Assembly: GCA_000934665.2 (NCBI GenBank)
Contig: KZ538460.1
Location: forward strand, 1 to 64,000
Direction of reading: 5' to 3'
From: Catajapyx aquilonaris
Lineage: Eukaryota
Length of the DNA stretch: 64,000 bases
Shown piece by piece: positions 1-12,500 of the stretch. The position numbers and the translations under genes are program-made. The first letter of the stretch is position 1. Every line of letters begins with the position of its first letter. The notes below the pieces were generated by a model that had not been told where the DNA came from, ran no database searches, and saw only the letters and a list, made by a program, of their open reading frames with translations.

Positions 1-94
1 CCTCAGGCCGCAGGCCTAGAAAAGAGCGAGCGAAGCGAGTGGTTTTCTTGGCCTGCGCCCTAGGAAAATACGAGCGGAGCGAGGGTTTTCCTAG
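1..94 (+). mobile_element. Probable 3' end of a non-autonomous Helitron-like element
   Basis: Duplicated cgagcg(a/g)agcgag hairpin units ending in CTAG followed by T. Confidence 0.45.
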
Positions 95-759
95 TTTATT
101 CATTAAATTTGTAACAAATTTTATTTGTCGCCTTTTACAACACTGAACACATCAAAGAAGATTTTTTGGAAAATGTTCGAAATTTCAATGATTTGTGAGA
201 ATGCGAGGACCAATCAAAACAAATTGACGAGACTGATATTTTATGCGATAAAGAGAATTAGTTGATGACTCGCGGTAAATGGCATCGTGTCCAGAATAGA
301 TTGAATATTAGAACACCAATTCTTGTTCGAATATTCCCCGATCCCTGGCGACGGTGACACTGGAAGTAACGTTCATATCCTGAGAGTAGAGGTTTCGCTG
401 CCATTTGAAGACAACATAGACGAAGGCGTATGGCATGCTAAGAGATGGCGAAGATGCGTCCCACAGCATTCCGATGGTACTAGGAGCGTTCAAAAATGAA
501 CAGCAATTTAAATCTCTCGCACAAACAACGATGCGCGACGCTTACACGGAAGCTGTATCAAGTGATGCTTCAGAACAGCCCCCCGCAACTAGCTCATTTT
601 TCCCGTGTGCTTAGCTGGTCCGCTATATCCCCGGATGTAGAGTCCAAAAACCAGGATGTAGAGCCCTGTATCAAATCTCATTCTGGCGGACGTCTCTGAA
701 CAGTTCTGAACCCATCGAGAACGAACAGTATCCATGCCTCGACAAAGGCAGAGAAATTC

Positions 760-1330
760 TGCCCTAGTTTATGAGCTCATTTTGTGATAACCGAGCGATT
801 TCTGTTAGTGATATTGCCTCCATGTTGAACATCAGTGTTGGTAGTGTGGACACCATCAAGAAACGCACTTAAGTATCGGGGAGGAAAAGCCAGAGTTCCA
901 TGCTCTTCCTGACAATGCACGTCCGCATGTCGCTGCCCTTACGATGGTGATGAATGATGATACAAAAGTTTAAGTGGCTGTTCTCCACCATCCCCCAGTC
1001 GGCCAGTCCTGTTCTCACCATGTCGGACTAACATTTCTTCAGAACTCTAAGCACGTTTTTGGGAGCGAGAAAGTTCTCAAGTAATGAGGAGGTCAGCGAA
1101 ATTGTTCCAGAGTACGTACCGCATAAAAATGCATTTAGCCTGAAGAGGGCGTCTTCAGGCTAAATAATCGGACATTTTTTTTGCGCAGTACGCAGAATAA
1201 GCTACCTGAACAATGGCACCAGTGCATTGCAAAGCAGGGAGACTGGGTTGAATGATGATATAGCCTATATGACCAACATAAGTCAGTTTGGGTATAATAA
1301 TTTTCGTCTCACTGCTAGTTACTGCTAACT
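760..1330 (+). mobile_element. Decayed mariner transposon
   Basis: Broken frames ISVSDIASMLNISVGSVDTI, DNARPHVA, KFSSNEEV and KLPEQWHQCIAKQGDWVE. Confidence 0.8.
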
Positions 1331-1499
1331 TAGAAGTACTGTACCAGTGTAGTGCATTGGTATACTGCTAGTAATAACTATCAGTGGGACGAAAATTCCA
1401 CCTTATATCTTTTTGCTTCTGTAATTAGCAAATTGCTGTCATATTTGAACGCTCCTATTACAAGGCATTCGGCAAGGGTGTGTAGGCCTAGTCAGCTTT

Positions 1500-2086
1500 C
1501 AAAGAGCCAGGCTTGCAGACTCCCATCAGAGTTTTGACAGAGGAAATCATTGACACCACCTATGCAGTGATTGTTGGAGAAGATCACCCTATAACAGTCA
1601 GTGACCTTGCCAGAATGTGTGTGTGGTACAGTACATCCAGTGATAGTGCCCACACTATTTTGCATTGACCACCTGCAATGCGATGGGCCCCCAGACTGCT
1701 GTTTACTCCATAGGAGACGAGGCAGATGCAGGTGAAGCTCTGCGAAGAGTTGCAACGTCTTGTGGCCTCACATGGTGACCAGTATCTGCCATTCACAATT
1801 TTAGCATGTCATGCACCTGTGGTTGTTTTATTCAAATAGATGCAAAACCTCAATGCTGAATATTGGGTCTCACCGCCGACCTCCTGGCAGTGCGGGGACA
1901 AATGTGACCCTAGGTCTACTTCTGGTGTCACCATCGCCTGAGCTGAGATCACAGAATATTTGAACAAGAATCAGTGTTCTAATACTTCAATCCATACTAG
2001 ACACAATGCCATTCACTGCCAGTCATGAACTGATTCTCTTTGTCACATAAAAAATCAGTCTTAATTTATTTTGACTGGCACTCGTC
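1500..2086 (+). mobile_element. Second decayed mariner fragment
   Basis: ITVSDLA..SAHTILH..RWAPRLL N-terminal motifs and a mariner-like end near 2060-2086. Confidence 0.6.
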
Positions 2087-2199
2087 TTTTCAACCTATTT
2101 TTACCTCCCCTGTAAAATTTCTAAAATGGTTTATTCTCCCTTTCTCCTTATTGCCGATGATATGTCAGCGGCCTCTAGCATCATAGGACATCTTCAGAC

Positions 2200-2600
2200 A
2201 TACAGTACGTACAGTTCCACTCATAAAGAATGGTACGACTCTATGGACGACATGTTTATTCTGACTATCCAGCATGATTCCCAACCTGATTTCATCGAGA
2301 CACTATGGACAACTTGTCCTAGATATCTGGCGACCCATATGACCCCCTCCCCTACTTCTGGAATTTTTTATTACCAAAATGTTCAACCTGGTACAATGCT
2401 TCCATAGATTTGAGATGAATTTCCCCCCTTAAATTTTCTTTGCCTTGTTTTTTCTTCTCTTTTTTTCTTGATTTTAATTGCCTTTTCCCAGCCTTCCTCA
2501 TGACCCCTAAAAACATGCTGGTGACCCAGGGGTTGGGAACAGAATAAACATTTTGTCCATACAGTGCAGTGGTACCATTCTTTATGAGCCGTATTGTACA
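2200..2600. mobile_element. MITE with diverged TIRs; related partial copy at about 60611-60872 in the opposite orientation
   Basis: ctcataaagaatggtac..atgtttatt versus aataaacat..gtaccattctttatgag; internal sequence matches the reverse complement of 60611-60872. Confidence 0.7.
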
Positions 2601-2918
2601 TTCATTGATGAAAAAAGTTTGGCTTGGTGTTCCCTATTTCCCATTAAAATGTGAACATATGGTGTTTAAACACTCTGTATAATAGAGCTGAAGAAACAGG
2701 AGAATTCAAATGAAGTTAACTTCATGAAATTCAGGATTGCACATTGAGGATGGAAAAATGAAGTATGCTCATACGAGAGTAATGAAGGACCCACGGAAGG
2801 ACCTCTCTTCCTGCTACGTTGAGCTTAATCCTGATCGTATTCCATTTATATCAGCGAGGAAGGTAAAAGTGAAAGAAAATTCACGAAATGGGCTTGTCGA
2901 TTGTCATGTGTGCACACA

Positions 2919-2924
2919 TTTATT
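2919..2924 (-). terminator. Candidate polyadenylation signal AATAAA of USP34 (3' UTR about 0.9 kb)
   Basis: tttatt on the + strand, followed on the mRNA strand by a U-rich tract; transposon-derived sequence resumes further out. Confidence 0.45.
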
Positions 2925-3818
2925 ATTTGCAGTGTTCCATCATTTACAAGTAATAAATAAAAGACAGAGCCAAGGAGAATAACAAGACTGGGGCACAATC
3001 CAAAAGTAAATGCAAAGGCATACCATGATTTTCAGCGTCTATCTCCTTGTGCCCTTGGCATAGGGAAAACCCAGTGTCCTGCAGTAATTTCAAATGAGAA
3101 CAAATAAAAGTTTCTGTGATCCCATTACAGCTTTTTTTTTTTATACATTTGGCATTCAAGGGCAACACAAGTGGCAACAAATTAAAAGCAGTCTTCTGTT
3201 TCATCTGTGCATTTGAGCGAGTCCCTTCACAACAAGTTCATTCAAAAAGTCAGCATTAAAAGTTTGATGACATTCAAGTCCATCCCATTCCTCTCTACTC
3301 TGTGGTTCAACAGTTCCCAGCAACAATTACTATGCTAGAAAAAAGCTCCAGCAACAACTCCCAGCTCGCCTCAACCTGGCCAAACATGCCATGTCAAAAG
3401 GGATCACAGTGGGGCAGGAAAAAGGAACTATTTGCAGCCTGCCTGCACCTTACAAAGGTCAGCACATCTGCAGTCATAAACTGAAAAGTTTCATTACCCT
3501 GTAGATGGCGCTCTGCAACCACAATTCTTCCCGACGTAAACATAATAAGCAAAGCAGAATGGGTCCATCAGTACGCCTTGCCCCACACTGAATACTGATC
3601 AAAAAACTGAAGCCACCCCCACCCCTCAACTAAATAGGTGTTTAACTCTTTATATATATTTGTATATAAATCTTTATATAAACATCTATTTATATAAAAA
3701 ATAATACAAAACAATGTACAAAATGAAAGTCCAAGAGCCAAAGTGACCAGTGGGGTGGGGGGACAGCAAAAATTACACTGACATAGAAGCGTATCGCAGT
3801 CGCAGACTATCTCAATCC

Positions 3819-4396
3819 TCACTTGCTCTTCTGTAGCACACTCTCCAAAGAGTTGTGCAGAATCTCAAGCCAATTGGCCGGAAGGTTGAGCCGAAAGGAA
3901 GAAGCCAGCTGGCAATCACGAGCACTCGATGGCTGGGACTGCTGAGTCCGTGAGCCAGCTGTCTCCCCTGATGAAGGCAAGGAAGAGCTCAATGCAGCTG
4001 ATGTGCTGGTGGTGGTAGTGGTGATGGTCGTGGTACCACTTGAGGCCACAATAGTGGTACTCACTGATGAGGTGGTCAGAGTAGGAGAAATGGTTGATGC
4101 AGGAGTAGAGGCAAGAGGGGTCGATGTGGTAGTGGGCAAGGTGGGCGAAGTAGTGTTCTGAGCTGAAGTGGTAGTGATGGTAGTGGTTACATTACTAGAA
4201 GGAGTGGTTGTGGAAGGTGATGAGGAGTCAGGGGATGAGGAAGTGGATGAGGATGTGGAGCAGGAAGAGGAAGAGGAGGAAGATGCTGAAGATGGGGGTG
4301 ATTCAGAAACTGACACCATCTCTTTGGTGGGCAAGCTTGACGTTGAAGTTTTGGAAGACTCACTCGCCCTATGCTTCTTGGCTGGTGGCTCCTCTG
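3819..4396 (-). CDS. USP34: USP34 terminal exon 43 (EEPPAKK, Ser/Thr-rich tail, stop TGA)
   Basis: tacag acceptor in matching phase 1; open frame to TGA at 3819-3821. Confidence 0.85.
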
Positions 4397-7300
4397 CTGT
4401 AAGAGTGCAGCAGGTTAGGTCTAACACATGTGAATATCAAATGTTATCCTTACCAGGGTTCTCTTCTTTGGGTAACGCTGCCTTGACATGCTGCACAAGC
4501 TCTTGCAGGCCTGTAAAGAGCTTCTCAGGAAAGGTAACACTCATCCCACAGTTCTGAACTATGAGTAGTGCTCGAAGGTCTCCGTTGACATTGTATGCCT
4601 TCCGTAGAGTGTCCAGTTGAGTTAACCCACTACTCAGGGCTGTTGATAGATTTGGAACTAACTGGCATGTCTGATCATTTAGCACATGGGCAGCCACCTG
4701 TAAGAAAAATATTTCTCACTGACTTATGTCACAGGCCTTGGGAAGAATGATTCCTTACCTTTGGAAAGTAGCAGGTGAGAAAGTTGTAAATGACAGAAAT
4801 GTTGAGACATGGCCTCTCCTCTAGGAGAACGGTTTCCACATAGTCAATGAAGTAACTGTTGCTCAGCAGCATGCTGATGTACTTCCGGTCCACATGCTGA
4901 ATGGAGGAAATGTTAACATCCACTCAGACAACGATATGTTCCAAAACCCACCTGTGCATTGTAAATATCCAACCATAGTTTTGCAAAGAAAGTCATGTGC
5001 AGTGAGGCCTCTTCATAACCTATGAGAGCACTTAGGTTCACTAGTGCTTCAGACATACAGTCATTGTTGATGGCCAAGCGACACATGACATCCACCAGCT
5101 GGTGGTATGGGTTGAAATACTCAACCAAAGCCAAGTCATAGTCCTCATCCACTCCCTGCATCAACAATTCAGATAATGAAAATGTAATATTAAGTGCAGA
5201 TGGTATCACTCACCTTGCATGCCTCCAGCTGTCCTTGTGGAACAGCCATCTGAACCATTGGTCGCTGAGGCCTGGTGGCCGCCTTAACAGTTAAGTTCGA
5301 TTTTTGCTCCCTTCTGGGAAAGTAGGGACCTAGGGGTACTGTGTTCTGGTTTTCTTGATATGCCACATGACAATGGGCCAACAGAGGGACCAATATCTGC
5401 AGAACTTCACCAGGTATTAAAAGCAGCAGTTCCTTCAGCACTTCTGTAATAAATTATCATGTATTAATACTGTGCAGGTTGGTGTGGAAAGTAGTTAACT
5501 TTACCAATGCAATGATTCCGAAGATCAGGAGGATTATAGCTATTCAGCATGGTTGCCAGCTTTCGAACAGTGTCAATCCATTCCTTACAGCCCATTATTG
5601 TATTCTTTGCATCCTTGTTGTCACGAAGGAAGCGTAAGCACTTGATCATATCCAGAATGAGCACAAGAAGTTCCAGCAGGTCTCCCAATACATGGCATGC
5701 AGTGGCTTCATGATACATGACATGCAGTGTATGGAAAGCTTCAAACAGCATTTGCATGCCTCCACTATATGCAACAAATAGTCGGTCATCACTGCTGTCT
5801 ATGAGGATTCTCAGGGCAGATATGAGAGTCGCCCAACAAGAACGGGCATCCAAAGCTTGAAGGTACAACTGTAGGGTCTGTCGACGAAATGCGTTGATCT
5901 CATGCAATTCTTGTTCAGAGCTGTCAGTATGTTTCATGACAAATAGGTGCATCAATTTGAACAGCTCTTCCACTGCCTGTTGGGATGAAATTTATCATTA
6001 TTATTGGTCTTCATAACACAATCTCTACATCTATCAACTGATATTGTCTGTAGCAATTAGTGAGGGCCTACATCTAGTTACAGTTCTGGTACTCTAATGG
6101 TAACTCTTAAATGCCTCTATACACTAGTTGATTTTGTGAAGCAACTTTGTTGCCAAGCTCATACACACTAGCCAATTTTGTTTCTGTCCACTCCCATAAA
6201 CAAAGATGGCGCTGAAGCAGCTGCTGCAGCTGCATACACACTTGCACTTATGCACCGGAGGCGCAGGGATTAGGAACCATACCCATTGGACTAGATTGGT
6301 TTGGGTTTATTAGGAAGGAGCCAAAGCAACTATGGCTATGTGGCTATCAGAAGACACAAAGGTGGGACAGATGGAGAGAGAAACAAAGGGAAAAAAGGAG
6401 AGAAGAAAGACTGGCATCTCTCTTAGTCTGTCTTCTATCCCAAACTTGTCAGTTGGACCAGAAATAGGGTAAAATGGCACAGAGTTAACTGAGAGTTCTA
6501 ATCACTTTCTACAATTTTGTACAGTGACATCAGCTGAGTGGTGGAAGAGAGTTTCTGCAGGAGGAAATAGTACCTGGGAGTGGAAAGGGCACAGGGTTGG
6601 CTGATAAAATCAATTAGCATGGAGCGGCCTTACGGCTAACAAAAATATTCGCTGTTAATATTCAGTTGAACGGAAGTATCCTTCTTGACTATTCCAATGA
6701 TGTGAGTGTTTGTCCTAGCCTGCAAATATTTAACCCCTGTCCTTGAATACCAATGATTCCAAGTATGTCACTCTTAGGCCCATAACATAATAGATTTTCA
6801 GATGTGGAGTAAGGGTTGAATCTGAGATGCAAGGCAGTTAACCCCTTATTCATATACATAGAGGCAGTTCAATCCCACATAGTTGGACCTGGAGTCTACC
6901 CTCGTCCTGGAACTGAGTTGACGCCTCCACTCACAACCAAACTAATTATTTTTACACCCCTGAAATTTGAAAAGTTTTGCCTTTTTTAATTCTGTTTTCC
7001 TTACAGTGTTGTGCACACATCACCTTGGCTGCTAATGCAGCTGGGTCAAATTAGAATCCACAATATTCCCACAACACCAGCAGTCAGTCCCGGGTCGCCG
7101 CGAGTGATGTGTCTTAACCCAGATATGCCGAGCGTCCCCTATAGGGGGCACCTGGACAGTTGTTACATTTTAATTTTTTTGCGCAGGTTCTTCTGCTGCT
7201 AAAGAGCTGGCAGTAGCGACGGGGGCTTCAGTAGAGTCCCAGCTGACGATACATGTTCAAACCTGCTCAATATTGCTTCAAATTTTTAAGATACAGATAC

Positions 7301-9468
7301 TTGAATGTTAACACGGGAAATAATGGCTGCACCTTCATGTTCCGAATGATTAGTCATTAATTCTCGAATATTGATTAGTGTTATGAGTTATTTTTTGTTT
7401 GTAATACTTAGAAAACTTATGAATGACTAGCAGGATACCCGGCGTTGCTCGGGTTATGAAATACTTTTCCATAGGAGTGACTCATTGATTTGGTAGTAAC
7501 CTTTGCAATGATTATGGCTATACAGTGTTGGCATACCTGTAACATGGAGCATATTGCATGTGCATGAAGTCCAAACAACACACTAAGGATGTCAGATTGT
7601 AAGAGAGTACACAATACACCTCCAAAATCCAGCGAAGTATGCATTGGAAAATTGAAGGTTGTGCAGTAAATGTAGAAGTAAATGTAGAATGTATAGAAGC
7701 TCCAACATAGCAGAGCTTACAATCTGACATCCATTGTGAGTTTTTTGGACTTGATGCACATGCAAAAATATTTGGTATGGCCAATTACGCTCATAATTGC
7801 ATAGATGATGCGTGTTGTCGCGAAGCTTCAGCACAATATCCCTCTTATTACCATGCTCCTGACCAGTCATGATGACAGCAATCTCATTGCAAGAAGGTTG
7901 ATTGAATCGACCACGATGCTCACCTTGTGGTCGCTTGTCTGCATCGATGATCAAGTCAAATTCCAGAGGAGGAAGACTCTCAAGTGCAAGCTTGAAGCTT
8001 TTGACATAAGTGTGGGTGCAATGGTTCATCTCCTGAAGTTGCAGTATGATGTCGAGGCGTGTGCCGTTGAAGTAGGTGCAACGGTATTGCGCCTGCTGTT
8101 GCATGTTCCCCACGAAGTAAAGTTGCAGAAACCGCGGACTCTGATTTTCTGAAGGAAGGAGTGATCCTATGCAATGGTAAATTTTACATTGCACTTTGAA
8201 TGTAGGCATGAAGCCCCCTTCTCTTACAACGTTGGCCCCCAAAAATGTCATCTGGAAGGCCGAATTGTAATTTCTGATGGTCTTCAGGAAATGTTTTGAA
8301 TCAGGTGATGTGACTATAAGAGGAGCATTATTTTTAAGTATAGCTGTGGAGGCTCAGCCAGTAGAGGAAGGCTAACCTTTCCAATGGAGCAACAGATCGT
8401 TTTTGTTTCACTCTTCCACTTCTTTGCCTGACAATGGTGGCTATACCTCTGACATAGATCCAATTGCAGCAACACCGACAGAAGAATTATTGTCAATGTC
8501 TCCTGAGTAGTGGAAAGCGGCATGTAGGAGGTGGGTTGATGAAAATGGAGCAAATCTCCGACTGATGGCCACGTTTCCCATAGAGTGGAGACATGCTTGG
8601 TGTTCTTCCTCAGTGCCTTGGTCCCTCATCCTTAGCCGAACTCTGCGTGTATCCAATGCGCTTCTGCCAATGCTACTATGTTTTTTAGGCCCATCTTAAA
8701 GTTGGTGGGGTGTGGAGATCCAATCGTTACAAAGTGAAAAAACAAACAAATGCAAAAAAAGTTTGAAAACTACATGACACAGTACCTACGTAGACCACAT
8801 TATGCCACACCTTATACTCATAATACCATTACACACATTATACCACACCTTATACCTTTATACCACACCTTAAACACGTTAAACCACATCCCATAACGAC
8901 TTTTGAATATACATTGAGAATGTGGAGGTCCAAATTTTACAAAGGGGGAAAAAACAAATAAAAGCAAAACGATTGAAAACTACATGACGCAGAATGTAAC
9001 ACAGTTCGGAAGAAGAGAATTCTGACAAAAAGCACATGACACAGTACGTAGAGGAAAAGGTATGGCAGGAAAAGTACGCCAAGAAAATTCCGACAGGCTG
9101 CCTGAGCAAACAATAAACCACAACCGCTATTCTTACATACAGCGCATTTGTACCACCAGCTCGAACCCTGGGCCTGCCCCGAGGCCGTAGCTCGACCGTG
9201 CCACCGTGTCTAGGATAAACATGGAATGAGATACCATAGGATAGCAAGATATGGAACTCTTTGAATATTATGAACAAAACATGATCATCACCCAATTACA
9301 CCAGTAGTCTCGTAACCTAGGCAACTAAATTGGAACAATAAAGTATGCAACCAATGTGAGTGAAAAAACACTGACCAAAGTACAGCCACCTCGTAGAAAT
9401 GTAATGACACTGATGCTGACACTGATGTGCTGGAGGATGTGGCGCGGGAGGGGGGGGGGGAAGAGAGG

Positions 9469-9501
<33 letters not shown>

Positions 9502-12500
9502 GCCGTTCCCTTGGAAACGGAACAGGGGTTTGTGCGTTTGTTGATACCAATATGCGCATTATTAGAACAGGATGCCAACTTCCCAAAGTACCTCCGCCTC
9601 CTGGGGCCAAGGAGGACCTCGGAGGTTAATTCCAATGTGCTTATGAGATTCCCGGTAAAAAACTACCCCTAGTGATACCCCTGGGGCATATGTGGAGGCC
9701 TCTGTATGGATTTGCATAGCGGACAAAAGACAGACAGACAGACATACGTCGAGAAATATGTATTAGATGATGTCGATGGGGGAATATTTTTTACTTTCTT
9801 TGTCAGAGAGTAGTGTTTGAAATCTGGTGTCCCCTCTGGGGAATGCAAGAGGCAAATGCACCCACATTTGGACAAGTAAGGTATGTGTGTGGATTTTGTG
9901 CACTTTGTTGAACTGAATTGTAATGAATCCATATAATTAAAACGAGATTACATGGCAATTGGTCTGAAACTCTGCCCAATGAGTAATTGGTGACAACAGC
10001 AGTGTCAGCATATCTTATACTTACAACTATGATTAAATGATTTTGTGAAAGTTTTCTTATCTGATTGATTTACGAGTTTATGCATCAATTCAAAACTCCT
10101 ACAATTTTTGCATTAATTATTTGTATCTTTTCATGTGGGGCTGTGCTATGGTGGCAGGTGTGTCTGGTTCCCGACAGTAAATCACTACATCTGCCCCTTC
10201 CACAGTTCCAGAGCTGTTTCTGTAGGTTTAGGTTCTGTGAGTCACATTACAACTCCCTCTCCCTCTCTCCCTCCCTCTCCCCCTCTCCCTCCCTATCCCT
10301 CTCCCTCTCCCCCTCTCTCTCTGTCAACACAATTACACACCACACGAAACAAGCTACACAAATGAGGGAAATTCGGTCAAATGAGCGCTGGGAAACATGG
10401 AAATATCAGGGAATTATTTTTCCTTTGGTTCGCTAGACACCCTGTGACACTTTAGAAGTTGTCGCATTTTTCTTCTGGACTTATTCATAACTTTTCAGGC
10501 TCACTTTCATTGAATGAACCCTGAGTTAGTGTCTGAACAATTTTTTGCAATCCTTATAAAAACCATTGCAAAACTTCTTGGATGATGCACACTCTCTTGT
10601 TTGAAAACAACTGGCAGATTTAAAGGGACACTCCACTCAAAATACAAGTTGGCCTCTAAAAATCAGGCACAAAATCCTGATTCCGAGAATGAGATCCGTT
10701 TCTCTCTGAGGCGAACGGTAATGACAGGGGAAGAGACAAAAGTCGGAATAAATTCGACTTCTGATCGAGCGTGGAGCCGCCCTCCTCACCCGCGGCCACC
10801 GGGGGGAAGTTGGATACTCGCCACCTGGCGGCTGCCTGAGGAAGTTGGGTGTTACTCCCCAGTAGCGCCAGTTTGAAATGCAGTTCGGGGTCGGATATTT
10901 CTGGCTGCTGCCAATGCATGTTGTCACCGAGGTGTTACTTTCCGGACCTTGTATTTGTTTGGCCCCTAATTGCTTACGGGTGGACTAGATCAGTTGCTCC
11001 CGCATCAGATCCCCATGACACAACGCCCGGAGGGAACGACTGGAAGACGACACATCTTTATGTTTAGCACTTCGGCAGGGGGGTTTATCATTTCTGGCCT
11101 TCCAGTCCGGCATATCGAGGCGGGCTTGGAAGCAAGTAGCATCATGGGCAAGAAAGGCAAGGGTGGTGTCCCGTTCTGTGTAGTTTATTTGTAAGCGCCA
11201 TAGGAAACGGTTGGAGCGAGTGACATATTTCGAATTTCCTTGCGAACGTCAGGATTTGATGCGGCAATGGCGAGAAGCCTTGAATTTGCCACCAACGTAT
11301 GCACCCATGTCAAGTCATCAGGTGTGCATGGATCACTTTATGAAATGGAATTTTCCAATTAATTGTATTTAAATTAGGGCATTACGTAACCCCCCCCCCC
11401 CAAGTGTTACGTAATTTATGGATGGCCCATACAGACCGGAACAGAAGAGGCGGAAACTAAAGCCTAATGCTGTTCCAACACAGGAGGTAGGAATAATGTG
11501 GCACAGCGTCAATGTGCGTATATTTTATTGCACCTCCAGTGCACATCAGACATGGAAACCAGCACCGGAACATCCACTGCTGATGTGTCCAATACTGATG
11601 CAAAGGTAATGTTTCCTCGGCCATCGAGCCCAATGACCATGTTTGACATATCTCCTGATGCACCTCTTTTCCCCAGTGCACGTCAGTTTGAGAATAGCAG
11701 CTAAAATGTGTTTGGGCCGAACATTTTGCTAATGGCTCTGTTTCAATGACTTAATTCCAATATGAAGCACTATTGCGACTAAATTGGTGTATGCGGGAGC
11801 AACAGATGTAGGCCACCAGTAAACAATTAGGGGCTAAGCAAAGGCGAGGTCCGGAAAGTAACACCTCGGTGACAACGTATGCATTTGCAGCAGCCAGTAA
11901 TATCCGACCCCGAACTGCATTTCAAACTCGCGCTGTTGGGGAGGAGTAAGTTCCAACTTCCTCAGGCAGCCGCCAGGTGGCCGGGGGAGGTGTGGGCCAG
12001 GCCCGGCGGAACGGGGGGGGCAGGGGGGGCAATGCCCCCCCCTCGGGAGTGGGCCGGGGGAGGCAGAGGGGGGCAGGCAGGTGGCAGCACCAAGTGTATC
12101 ACCTCAGATCACCTCAGTAATCACTTCCGATTTCATTCTAACCGTGATTTTTTCTAATGGCCGCGCTGTCGCGCGGCCTTGTTTCATACAAAACTCACAC
12201 CATCATGTAACACACATAGTCTTTGAAACTGTCCCAGACGCTATACTGATCGGAAATGCTCATCGAGAGGGGGAACACCAACTCAAAGGTCTCCATCTCT
12301 CACCCCCTATAACGCCTAACCATCACATCTTTCTGCCCAGGGGCCGTTCAGGAGCTCAAAAAATCATTTCTGCCTTTCCTTTCACCAATTTGCCAAACCA
12401 CAATAAGGTTATTACTAGCCCACATCGCGGAGTAGAAAACCAGAAGCGGCCACAATGTCTTATGGGCATTTTCTGAACCATTCGCATTTCGGCATTTTTG

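Larger units (their letters stand above)
7427..9767 (-). mobile_element. Helitron, internally deleted, both termini present
   Basis: On the minus strand: A|TC start followed by (CTGT)n, 3' hairpin ccgagcaacgccgg then CTAG|T; contains a RepHel fragment. Confidence 0.88.

Noticed and set aside
1133..1166. ctgaaga-containing palindrome resembling a minimal hammerhead ribozyme
   Set aside because: No correctly placed GAAA core or cleavage triplet; it is a simple inverted repeat inside a mariner relic.
4168..4557. Acidic 129-aa ORF on the + strand
   Set aside because: Antisense shadow of the Ser/Thr-rich USP34 terminal exon.
6600..7300. Possible LINE C-terminal CCHC remnant (KCNNCPG) on the - strand
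   Set aside because: Too decayed; no supporting RT or endonuclease motifs visible.
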